In this document: in pieces, positions 39,261 to 48,399 of the stretch
Layout of the letters: each line of letters opens with the position of its first letter
How positions within the stretch are numbered: position 1 is the stretch's first letter
From: PVC group bacterium
GTDB lineage: Bacteria > Omnitrophota > Gorgyraeia > B26-G9
Direction of reading: 5' to 3'
Length of the DNA: 64,000 nt
Assembly: GCA_024231215.1 (NCBI GenBank)
Contig: JAAEQR010000142.1
Location: forward strand, 356,593 to 420,592
Made by a program: the position numbers and the translations under genes
The notes under the pieces: model-generated
Seen by the model: only the letters and a program-made list of their open reading frames with translations
Databases searched by the model: none
What the model was told of the DNA's origin: nothing

Positions 39261-40511
39261 TTACGTGTACATCGAAAAAATATAGTTAGCTTCCATTGCC
39301 GCCTGATCTATTTCCTTATTCAGAAAATTATCTGAATACTTTCCGGAACGAATAGTCTTCAATACCCGGTCACAAAACGCATTTATAATTCTCTCTAAGG
39401 TACCTAAAAGAGGAGAAGCCGGTAAAGACTTTCCATTTTTAAGCGTAGCTGATATAACTTCATATTCCTGTTTAGAATCTTTAAAATACTTTTTTAATAG
39501 TGACGTCCGGGAAGGAAAAACCCCGATCCGGTAACCATGCCGCATTTGAGATTCAGAAGAAACCAAAAAACGTATCCACTCCGCAGATTCTTCCGGATAA
39601 CGACTCCATTTCGGAACAGCAAGACTACTCCCGCCAATAAACTGGTACTTACCTTTTGGTCCTTCCGGGAAAGAAATAACCCCGTAATTCTTAGCCACCT
39701 TGCGCGAATAATTTGAATGCTTTAAATTGGAAAGATTATATAGCGGGGACTTTCCGATAATTTCCATCGCATATCTTCCGGAAAAAAAAGTTCCGGCAGG
39801 AATAACTCCATATCGTTTTTTACTGTTTTGCCCGCCATAAAGCCCGTTAACTAAATCAAAATACCAGCGAATGGCCTTTTTAGCTTTAGGACCATCAAAA
39901 GCAACTTTGGTAAGATCCGGTGATAAAAAATCACCGCCCATCCCCCATATCCAGGGAGCTAAATCATGAATAAGAATAACCTCGCTATGTCCGGAAAGTC
40001 TAAAAGGAAATTTATCCTGTATGGATTTTCTTTTATTTTGAATCGTAAGACATACGTTCTTAAAAAGGTCAAACGTCTTAAGATCTTTAGGTTCAAAACC
40101 AAATGACTTTAAAATATCACTACGATAATAAAGCATCCGGATATCCGCCAACCAAGGCATCCCCGCCAAACCATCACTGTCCAACGAACGCGAGGCTTCT
40201 TTTAACGGCACAATAAGATCAGCCTTTACCTCTTCATCAAAAAAGCTGCTTATATCTCTCAAAACCCCAAGATAAGACAGTGTAGATACCCAGGTAGTAC
40301 CAATTTGAATAATATCAGGTGGGACAAGCTCGCTCTGATGCTTATGCACATTCATCAGACGATCCCAGGCATGACTCCAGGGAATAATTGTAGGTTCAAT
40401 CCGAATATTAGCATGCCACTTTTCGAAATTAGCAATTTCTTTCTCGATCACATTCAAAGTATCGAAATCACCGTTAGGCATCAACCAAAAATTTAATTTT
40501 ACAGGAGACAT
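39261..40511 (-). CDS. Sugar-type solute-binding protein (family 1) lacking a signal peptide
   Basis: PDIIQIGTTWV, PWLADIRMLYYRSD, FIGGSSLAV; N-terminus MSPVKLNFW has no hydrophobic leader. Confidence 0.8.
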   Translation of the reverse strand: MSPVKLNFWLMPNGDFDTLNVIEKEIANFEKWHANIRIEPTIIPWSHAWDRLMNVHKHQSELVPPDIIQIGTTWVSTLSYLGVLRDISSFFDEEVKADLIVPLKEASRSLDSDGLAGMPWLADIRMLYYRSDILKSFGFEPKDLKTFDLFKNVCLTIQNKRKSIQDKFPFRLSGHSEVILIHDLAPWIWGMGGDFLSPDLTKVAFDGPKAKKAIRWYFDLVNGLYGGQNSKKRYGVIPAGTFFSGRYAMEIIGKSPLYNLSNLKHSNYSRKVAKNYGVISFPEGPKGKYQFIGGSSLAVPKWSRYPEESAEWIRFLVSSESQMRHGYRIGVFPSRTSLLKKYFKDSKQEYEVISATLKNGKSLPASPLLGTLERIINAFCDRVLKTIRSGKYSDNFLNKEIDQAAMEANYIFSMYT

Positions 40512-40680
40512 AGTAAACCTATTTCTTCCTTATAACGCCACTTATTCTCTTACATTAATCACATATACTATCATCAAATATAATACATGTAAATACTATT
40601 TTTGACATCATGGAAATTTAATCCGAATCTAACTTAGATCCTTATTGGGAAGAAATATGGATTGCAATTATGGCAGGTAT

Positions 40681-40851
40681 TTTAACTCAGATTTTGCATT
40701 AGACACAGATAAAGAGTGCTAAGATTTTTGAGATTAAACAGTTACAAAAAACACAGACATACCTACTGGGTACGTCGAGGCTTTTTGTAACTTGTTTAAA
40801 CCAAAAAAATTAGTGCTATTTGCTGTGGGCTAATGCAAATTCTGGGTTTAA
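40681..40851. mobile_element. About 170-bp nested palindromic MITE/REP-like element (full-length copy B)
   Basis: Arms TTTAACTCAGATTTTGCATTAG / CTAATGCAAATTCTGGGTTTAA enclose further paired segments (TTAAACA-GTTACAAAAA / TTTTTGTAAC-TGTTTAA). Confidence 0.65.
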
Positions 40852-41630
40852 CTGCGTTTGCGCATTGTATAAAAACCAAAAACTCCGCTTAAAAACATAA
40901 GTACAGTGGAAGGTTCTGGAATAACAGTTATCGGATTAACATATGTAGCCGATGATACACCCCAAGCATATTGACTACTCGTCCCTTGAAATTCATACCA
41001 ACCTACAGTTTCCGCTTCATGCCAAGTAGTATATAAACCATACCACCGACCGTCAACGCCACGATCATCATAGCCAAAAACTGGAACAGAATGATCAACG
41101 GAACCATCTCCGTCACTATCTACAGAAAATAACATCGGGCATCCGGCATCAATTTCCGCAACAAAATCATTCCAGGAAAAACTACCAAACCCAACTCTCC
41201 AGGAGACAAAATCATAACCTCTATAGGCAGCATAATCTTCAAACCCATCATCAATTTCACTACCATATGTCCCGCCATACCCACGAGGGTCCACAGAAGT
41301 ATACATAAAATCAGCAATACTTGTATACGGGGGTGTAGGTAAATTAGGATCATCTGGATCTGAATCATATTTTGCATTATGCGCCGGGCTGGATATTTGA
41401 TCCTGAACATTTACTGTCCATCTTATATTTTCCCAGCCATTAGCATCAAATAAATTCGAATACCCTTTCACATCCCAGTATCCAAAAACAGAACCAGCCG
41501 CAGTCGGAGAGCAACCATGATACCAGTCATATGAAGGCACATCATCTATAATATATGCATCCGCGAAAAGCGGTGCAGCTAGACTCAAGACAAATATTAC
41601 AGTTAATAATAAGATCGTTTTTCTGGACAT
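40848..41630 (-). CDS. PEP-CTERM surface protein with peptidase C39-like domain
   Basis: Signal peptide; WYHGCSPTAA (Cys), DHSVPVFGYD (His); C-terminal IPEPST + TM + RKRS. Confidence 0.85.
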   Translation of the reverse strand: MSRKTILLLTVIFVLSLAAPLFADAYIIDDVPSYDWYHGCSPTAAGSVFGYWDVKGYSNLFDANGWENIRWTVNVQDQISSPAHNAKYDSDPDDPNLPTPPYTSIADFMYTSVDPRGYGGTYGSEIDDGFEDYAAYRGYDFVSWRVGFGSFSWNDFVAEIDAGCPMLFSVDSDGDGSVDHSVPVFGYDDRGVDGRWYGLYTTWHEAETVGWYEFQGTSSQYAWGVSSATYVNPITVIPEPSTVLMFLSGVFGFYTMRKRS

Positions 41631-41794
41631 AATATGTATAAATCCTTTCACATTTTAAAAATATATAATATATAAATATAAAAACCCTTAAAATTATACC
41701 ATATTATTTGATTTTCGCAAGGGCATGAGATAAAAATAGACATTTATCCGTAACAGCTTGATAAATAAAGAGTTGCGGGTTTGGTTTCGTGGAA

Positions 41795-42571
41795 TTACTT
41801 TTTTTTCATTTTTATCATTTGCAACGCTTTTACAGCTGCCTCACGCACATAATCATTTTCATCTTCCGATGCCTTTTTCAAGACCGTTACGGCGCTTTCA
41901 TCAGCTATTTTTCCCAACCCCTGCGCTGCTAAACATCTTTCTCCTTCCCCCATTTTTTTATTCTTCAAGACCTTAATCAATCCGGGAACTGCCCTCGGAT
42001 CCATTATTTCCCCTAATGCCTTTATTACTCGCCAACGCATGTCACTATCCGTATAAGTTAACATAGAAATCAAAGAAGTTGCTGCTGGCTCACCTATTTT
42101 GATAAGTACAACAAAAGTCCTTTCCCTGATCTCCATATCTCCGGTTTTTATAATATCAATCAGAACCGGTACTGCCTTTTCTCCAATATCCGATAAAGCC
42201 TTAGCTGCTTTTGAGCAAACAGTCTCTTCGGAATCATTACACATACTTTGAATTAAAGCCTCAACTGCTTTATCTGCCCGGAGCACACCTAAAGCTTCTG
42301 CAGCTTTCCAGCGTAAATTTGAATAATTGCTTTTCCTCAGAATACGCAAAAGCATTTCAATCCCGTATTGCTCCATATAAATAAGATCCTGGATCGCGCT
42401 TTCACGCACACGCCAGTCTACATCCTTCAATTTCTCAGAGATTTTTTTTAATTGATGTTTTACGTTTAGGCGTTTTTTAATAAAGGCAAGTCCTTTTGTC
42501 CCTAAAATAAGCACGATGATAATATATACTGCGGGTAAAATGTATGGCGATTCTAATATAAATTCTTTCAT
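41795..42571 (-). CDS. Membrane-anchored HEAT/PBS-lyase repeat protein
   Basis: N-terminal TM; repeated R..AA.ALG.I.D..AV..L. Confidence 0.88.
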   Translation of the reverse strand: MKEFILESPYILPAVYIIIVLILGTKGLAFIKKRLNVKHQLKKISEKLKDVDWRVRESAIQDLIYMEQYGIEMLLRILRKSNYSNLRWKAAEALGVLRADKAVEALIQSMCNDSEETVCSKAAKALSDIGEKAVPVLIDIIKTGDMEIRERTFVVLIKIGEPAATSLISMLTYTDSDMRWRVIKALGEIMDPRAVPGLIKVLKNKKMGEGERCLAAQGLGKIADESAVTVLKKASEDENDYVREAAVKALQMIKMKKK

Positions 42572-42647
42572 CCATATCCTAAGTTAAAATATATAAATAA
42601 ATGATACTCCTATAGATAAAATATGTCAACAACAAACCGGGCCAGCA

Positions 42648-43172
42648 TTAATCTTCAAGCCATAATCCACGCTTTTGCTGTTTAGCTTCATTTTGGAGTT
42701 TCAATAATTCTTGTTCATACTTTATATTTGGCGGGATAATATAAACAGTAGCGTATCCGTCCTCGACCAGGCTGGCATTAAGAAACGTACCATCTTTTAA
42801 GTAGACATAGGCCAGTAATCGATCATATGTATCAAAGCGCTGTTTATCAAACTCCAGTTGTACTCGCTTACCCTCTACTAGTTTCTTTGTATATTGATAA
42901 GACGCATAGCCCATCTTTTGAATCGTTTTAATATCTTTTTTTAATCTACGGCTGTCCCTGTACAGTTTATCTGATTCATGGTATTCCGGAGTATCTATCC
43001 CCAAAAGTCTTACTCTTTGTTTGTTTTCCAGTTTCAAAGTATCACCATCTACAACTCTACGAACTAAAACATTATCATAATCAACCTGTTTTTTTATTAA
43101 TCCAGACGTAAAGAAAAAAATAAAAACACAGGATATAATAAATGTAATTGTAAGAACAACACGTTTTATCAT
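42648..43172 (-). CDS. Thermonuclease (SNase) family protein
   Basis: VVDGDT, VRLLGIDTPE, D.Y.RLLAYVY, RGLW. Confidence 0.93.
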   Translation of the reverse strand: MIKRVVLTITFIISCVFIFFFTSGLIKKQVDYDNVLVRRVVDGDTLKLENKQRVRLLGIDTPEYHESDKLYRDSRRLKKDIKTIQKMGYASYQYTKKLVEGKRVQLEFDKQRFDTYDRLLAYVYLKDGTFLNASLVEDGYATVYIIPPNIKYEQELLKLQNEAKQQKRGLWLED

Positions 43173-43181
43173 AGCACCTTC

Positions 43182-43820
43182 TTACTCTAAATCCGGAAAC
43201 CTGATCATAATTGTATCCATTATATGTTTAAACAAAAGAGCTTTTGAGTCATATATTGTTTTATTACAGCTAACATGAAACACTGCGACATAAGAATTAT
43301 TCTCAGTAGAGTGAAAAAGATATGTTAACATTTTCCTCCCATTATTAAGATCAAAATCTGTAACTAAAGCCTGCATCCCGTTAAATTCATCCTTGCTCAT
43401 TTCTCCTTTTTTGATAAGTCTGCGACTTGTAGCCATCTGAATCCGGGCTTCCCCGTCTTTTTCCATCTGATCCACATACATTTTTGCCTCTTTAACATTC
43501 ATAACAATAGCTACCAAAGACACTGCCCTTTGAGGAGCAAAAAAACCAGTAACATGAGTTGTATCCCATTCCAGTTTACTAAACTCCTCTATATTCCCGT
43601 TATATCGTAAAAACATCTCTTTACGCTGCTTCTCATAACTGTGATGGAATACTTGTTTTTCCTCATGATTAAATTCCCCCCAGTCAAAGGGAACTTCAAA
43701 GGACAACATTTCGTCGTTGTATTTTTTAAATGTTATCTTTTCCTCAGCAAACACAACCCCGCTCAAACTCAAAACAATAAAACTTATTAAAACACCTACT
43801 TTGATGGTGGTTCTTATCAT
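43182..43820 (-). CDS. Exported hypothetical protein (possible PsbP/Mog1-like fold)
   Basis: Signal peptide; SFEVPFDW motif; operon spacing and GGAGG RBS. Confidence 0.6.
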   Translation of the reverse strand: MIRTTIKVGVLISFIVLSLSGVVFAEEKITFKKYNDEMLSFEVPFDWGEFNHEEKQVFHHSYEKQRKEMFLRYNGNIEEFSKLEWDTTHVTGFFAPQRAVSLVAIVMNVKEAKMYVDQMEKDGEARIQMATSRRLIKKGEMSKDEFNGMQALVTDFDLNNGRKMLTYLFHSTENNSYVAVFHVSCNKTIYDSKALLFKHIMDTIMIRFPDLE

Positions 43821-43830
43821 AATATCCTCC

Positions 43831-44733
43831 TTATTCTCCCAATTGGCTCATCATCTGCTGTGCTTGCTTACCCATTGGTGATTCCGGAGCAATCTTTATC
43901 ATCTCTTTCAGCTGACCAATCGCCAGGATCTTCTGCTTGGTATTAAAATACACACCTCCCAAATTCCAACGTGCATTAAGATTTTTAGGCGCTAAGCTAA
44001 CTGCTGTCTCAAGCGGTTGTTTAGCATCCTGCATTCTACCAAGCCCAAGATAGTAACTACCAAAATTAAACCATGCCGCAGAATCTTGATCATCAAGTTC
44101 TATTGCTTTTTTAAGATGCACCTCTGCCTCGGAAATTTTGTTTTGCAGTAAAAAAGCAACCCCTAGATTTGTATGGGCCGCAGAAGTTGGTCTTATAGCT
44201 ATAGCCTTTTCTAACGTTTGCACTGCACGATCAAGTTTACCTTGGGCTCCGTAGGCTGACCCCAAACCAGCTAAGATATACACATTTTTCGGGGCAATAG
44301 CAGCAGCCTTCTCAAAATATTCCACAAAGATTTCGATATCACCACCTGCTTTAGGCGAAGCTAACATTCCGTTCAAGATAATAATGTTAGCACTTTTAGG
44401 AAATTTCGAAAGAGTTGTCTCTGCCCAGGAACGAAGCGATTTTAGCGCTGCAGGATCAGAGAAAGGAAAGTCAAATCCTGTAAGCTGTATCTGAGTTCTA
44501 TCTTCCAAAACATCGGCCGCAAGATCAGCCACATAAGCCGCCATCTCATTCTCAGGATGATCAGTACTTACCCTGCGAGATATCTCCAGTGCTTTTTTCC
44601 AATTATTTTGTTCTATTGCCCCAACCAAAGACGCGTTTGTCGTCCCAATAATTTCCTCTTTTTCCTGGGCCTGAACTATTGGACACAAAAATAAACTAAT
44701 AATAAACATTGCACAAATAAATTGACGTAACAT
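43831..44733 (-). CDS. Exported TPR protein
   Basis: Signal peptide; repeated TPR motifs (AHTNLG, AWFNFG, ARWNLG). Confidence 0.85.
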   Translation of the reverse strand: MLRQFICAMFIISLFLCPIVQAQEKEEIIGTTNASLVGAIEQNNWKKALEISRRVSTDHPENEMAAYVADLAADVLEDRTQIQLTGFDFPFSDPAALKSLRSWAETTLSKFPKSANIIILNGMLASPKAGGDIEIFVEYFEKAAAIAPKNVYILAGLGSAYGAQGKLDRAVQTLEKAIAIRPTSAAHTNLGVAFLLQNKISEAEVHLKKAIELDDQDSAAWFNFGSYYLGLGRMQDAKQPLETAVSLAPKNLNARWNLGGVYFNTKQKILAIGQLKEMIKIAPESPMGKQAQQMMSQLGE

Positions 44734-44760
44734 CGCATTTCCCTCCTATGTATTCTAAAA

Positions 44761-45723
44761 TTATATTACTAATTTTGGTTTATCAGAAAAAAACTTCTCC
44801 ACCAGGAATGAATATTTACCAAGACTTCTCGTTCTTGAAACCGCCTTCAAAATCTTATCGCCGCCAACAAAAGCTTTTGCCCAATATTGCCATATCTCCT
44901 TCAACTTATCTGTTATATGCGCCGGCCCGCTTAATTCCTTTTGATAAGCCGCAAATATCTCATCATGAAAACTGATGAAACGATCAAGTTTTTCCTGCTC
45001 TGTACTGTTAGTCAAATTCTTTATTTGTTCTGGTAAAAATGGATTAGTAATACCTCCTCGACCAATCATCCACTGACTAATCATCGGCAAACGCTTAACC
45101 AGTTTTTTAAACGTTGCGAGCGAATCGATATCTCCGTTATAAACAATTGTATGTTTGGTCAAAGAAACACTTTCCTCAAAAGCAGATATATCTACTTTCC
45201 CTTCATACATCTGCGTTCCCAAACGAGGATGAATAATAATATTTTCCAAAGGAATTGCATCAAGCTTCGGTAGCAGATCAAAAAGCTCTTTATTATTTTC
45301 CTTGCCAAGCCTGACTTTAAGAGATATCTGATTAGGAACAGCCGGGATAACTTCTTCTAAGAACTTAATAATTCTATCGGTAAAAGGAAGCAACCCAGAT
45401 CCCCTTATCTTATTTCTGACCTTTTTATTCGGACATCCGAGATTCCAGTTCACAGTCTTATAACCTAAATCAAACGTAGCTTTAGCCACAGAAATAAAGT
45501 CCTTAGGCGTATTACTCAAAACTTGAGGAATTAATTCAAAACGCGTGTTATTCCTCTTCAGGAAAAGATCCCGTAAAACATTACTCTCACTGCTGTCAAC
45601 ATGACAACTCCGAATAAACGGAGTAACCGCATAATCATATCCCTCAAAAAATTTGGAATATACATTTCGATACACACAGCCGGTCACACCCTGAATCGGG
45701 GCCATATATAAAACTGGTTTCAT
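44761..45723 (-). CDS. tRNA-dihydrouridine synthase family protein
   Basis: MAPIQGVT, NWNLGCP, GSGLL, IHPR, YNGDI, MIGRG. Confidence 0.9.
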   Translation of the reverse strand: MKPVLYMAPIQGVTGCVYRNVYSKFFEGYDYAVTPFIRSCHVDSSESNVLRDLFLKRNNTRFELIPQVLSNTPKDFISVAKATFDLGYKTVNWNLGCPNKKVRNKIRGSGLLPFTDRIIKFLEEVIPAVPNQISLKVRLGKENNKELFDLLPKLDAIPLENIIIHPRLGTQMYEGKVDISAFEESVSLTKHTIVYNGDIDSLATFKKLVKRLPMISQWMIGRGGITNPFLPEQIKNLTNSTEQEKLDRFISFHDEIFAAYQKELSGPAHITDKLKEIWQYWAKAFVGGDKILKAVSRTRSLGKYSFLVEKFFSDKPKLVI

Positions 45724-45743
45724 AATATCCTTGCAAATATATT

Positions 45744-46061
45744 TTAAGATTTAATCATCGTTAGCATCATTTTGAATTTTTCTATTGCTTTTAAAGCATG
45801 CGGCTTATTTGCCGGCATTATAACCATCTCGCCGGCATTAACGGTCATTGGACTACCGTCAATTGTGATTTCTGCTTGTCCGTCAATGATATTGACCATA
45901 GCATCAAACGGAGCGGTATGTTCGCTTAATCCCTGATCTTTATCAAAGGCAAATACAGTCACGGTTCCCGTTTCTTTTTTTATTAAGGTTTTACTAACCA
46001 CAGCCCCAGCCTGATAATCAATTAATCCCTCTAAATTATTCACATAATTTTCCTGAGACAT
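45744..46061 (-). CDS. Cupin domain protein
   Basis: FAFDKDQGLSEHTAPFDA, MPANKPHAL. Confidence 0.9.
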   Translation of the reverse strand: MSQENYVNNLEGLIDYQAGAVVSKTLIKKETGTVTVFAFDKDQGLSEHTAPFDAMVNIIDGQAEITIDGSPMTVNAGEMVIMPANKPHALKAIEKFKMMLTMIKS

Positions 46062-46070
46062 ATTTTCTCC

Positions 46071-47987
46071 TTATTTTGCCTTTTCAGAAACAGTTTTTTT
46101 CTGAGTAAAAAGTGAAACCACGATCAAAGTTATAAAACTCAATGGGATCGAAACAATCCCCGGATTACTAAAAGGAATTAGCGCAGTTGACGGATCCAAT
46201 CCATATTTTACATACATGCTAGGACTAATCAAGATCAGTCCTACTGCCGCAATAATACCAACCACAATTGAAGCAACAATCCCCGAAGATGTAGTCTTCT
46301 TCCAGAATAAAACCATTAATATCGCCGGTAGATTTGCCGAAGCAGCTACCGCAAAGGCCCACCCTACCAAAAATGATACATTCATGCCTTTGAAAATAAT
46401 CCCCATAATTATCGCAATTATCCCAACAACAACAGCCGCTACTTTCCCGGCAAACACCTGCTGCTTGTCACTTTTGATCACACCGGCAAACCGATCCAAA
46501 ACATCATGCGCCACAGCACCTGAAGCAGCTACAATCAATCCGCTAACAGTCCCGAGTACAGTAGCAAAGGCAATCGCTGAAATCATCGAGAATAAAAATG
46601 TCCCGAATGTCCGTGCTAAAAGCGGCGCCGACATATTACTGCTGGTCACATTTAATACACCATTTGCCATTGCGCCTAAGCCCATAAATAACGTCAGAAT
46701 ATAGAAAAACCCTATCGCAGCAATTGCTACAATCGTTGATTTTCGAGCACATGCTGGGGTTTTAACCGTATAATAACGAATTAAAATATGAGGTAATGCC
46801 GCTGTTCCAAAAAACAAAGCCAGCATTAAAGAAATAAAATCCAGTTTTTCTAAAGGCGTACCTTCAACTTTAAATTTCACCCCAGGACGCATAATCTTAT
46901 TACCCGGTGTCTCTACAGGATAATACACTGTTACCTGATCCCCATTGTTTTTGAATTTTTCCTTTTTCCATCGTTTAACAACCGTATCTTTATCTGAGAA
47001 ATATGATAAAAATTCAAACACTCCCACCGGCCCGGTCTTAGCCTCTTCTCCGGTTTTACCCTTGATCCTTACCAGGTTTCCCACCTGACGCAATTGATTC
47101 TCTTTAGAAGCCAGCGCACCATTAATCCATGCTTTTCCATCAACAGTTTTAACTTGCGACTGGGATTCCTTTAATACAAGACCCGCATTTTCAGATATTT
47201 CTTTTAACCACCAATTTTTAGACCCATCTTTTAAAAGTTCTACAAATGTATGCCCATGAGCATCAATCTGGCGCAAATACTTAAATGATGCATCTGCCGG
47301 AATCACCTTATCCCCTGCCATCGCCGCATTGATTGTCGCATACTTATAAAAAGGAACTTCACCATTCTGATCCGGAGTAGTAGTTAAGCCGCGATTAAAA
47401 AGCGCAATACAAAGGATTGTAGAAAAAACAATCAACAAAGCTCCTTTTAAAAACTGAACGTAGGTAGTCGAAGCCATCCCAGCCGTAGCAACAATTGTAA
47501 TTACAATCGCACCCACCATAATAACACCAACATAATGAGGCAATCCTAAGAGCGGCGTAACCAAAACGCCTGCACCCACCATCTGAGGTATCAAATAAAA
47601 CAAAGAAACAACCAAGGTACTAACTGCAGCAGCTAAACGAATCCCTTTAGAACCAAATTTTGAATCAAGCGCATCTGCAAAAGTGTACTTTCCCAATCGT
47701 TTCATAGGTTCAGCCACGACAAACAATGCAACAACCCAGCCGGCTAAGTATCCAATCGAATATAGAAACCCGTCATACCCGACTGTAGCGATCATTCCGC
47801 AAATCCCTAAAAAAGATGCCGCTGACAAATAATCACCGGCAAAAGCAATCCCGTTAACCGCCCAATGGATTTCACCACCTGCAGCAAAATACCCTTTAGA
47901 TGACGTGGTTTTTTTTGCAAAATAAAAAGAAACAAATAAAACAATTCCGACAAAAAGCACAAATAAAAAAACAGGAAGCAATGCCAT
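46071..47987 (-). CDS. actP: Cation/acetate symporter (SSS family) with large loop insertion
   Basis: NGIAFAGDYLSAASFLG, GTAALPHILIRYYTV, AFAVAASANLP; DUF485 partner upstream. Confidence 0.88.
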   Translation of the reverse strand: MALLPVFLFVLFVGIVLFVSFYFAKKTTSSKGYFAAGGEIHWAVNGIAFAGDYLSAASFLGICGMIATVGYDGFLYSIGYLAGWVVALFVVAEPMKRLGKYTFADALDSKFGSKGIRLAAAVSTLVVSLFYLIPQMVGAGVLVTPLLGLPHYVGVIMVGAIVITIVATAGMASTTYVQFLKGALLIVFSTILCIALFNRGLTTTPDQNGEVPFYKYATINAAMAGDKVIPADASFKYLRQIDAHGHTFVELLKDGSKNWWLKEISENAGLVLKESQSQVKTVDGKAWINGALASKENQLRQVGNLVRIKGKTGEEAKTGPVGVFEFLSYFSDKDTVVKRWKKEKFKNNGDQVTVYYPVETPGNKIMRPGVKFKVEGTPLEKLDFISLMLALFFGTAALPHILIRYYTVKTPACARKSTIVAIAAIGFFYILTLFMGLGAMANGVLNVTSSNMSAPLLARTFGTFLFSMISAIAFATVLGTVSGLIVAASGAVAHDVLDRFAGVIKSDKQQVFAGKVAAVVVGIIAIIMGIIFKGMNVSFLVGWAFAVAASANLPAILMVLFWKKTTSSGIVASIVVGIIAAVGLILISPSMYVKYGLDPSTALIPFSNPGIVSIPLSFITLIVVSLFTQKKTVSEKAK

Positions 47988-48292
47988 TATTTGCCTCCTT
48001 TCTTTTTACTCTTCTTTTCGGATAGACCATTTACACGATTTTCTTCTTTTGCACACATCGCGTTATAAATCAACGCCAGAACCAACGCAAATATAATCAA
48101 TCCAAAACCATAAACAACGGCCAGATTTAATCCACTAAAAATAATTTTCTCCATTAATACCGGTTTGACAATATTAATCACGACAAATCCAGCATAGATC
48201 AACCCGTACAATGCAAACATATACGCGCCAACACGCATCTTATATTCCGAAGCATTATCTGGGCCTGAACTTGCTGCAGGCTTATGTAACAT
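47987..48292 (-). CDS. DUF485 (YjcH-like) small membrane protein
   Basis: Two TM helices; overlaps the actP start, a known gene pair. Confidence 0.8.
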   Translation of the reverse strand: MLHKPAASSGPDNASEYKMRVGAYMFALYGLIYAGFVVINIVKPVLMEKIIFSGLNLAVVYGFGLIIFALVLALIYNAMCAKEENRVNGLSEKKSKKKGGK

Positions 48293-48399
48293 ATCTTTTT
48301 CCTTTCAAGTTATATTGCTAAAAATAACTCGTCCCACCAGTCTCCAGCCAAACTGGATTCGGTTATTATATCATATTTTGTAATAATACCAAGAATTTA

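Noticed and set aside
41748-41778. Imperfect palindrome CCGTAAC...GTTGCGG, loosely similar to 19211-19236
   Set aside because: Similarity is too weak in AT-rich DNA to call a site; may simply be a terminator for the HEAT-repeat gene
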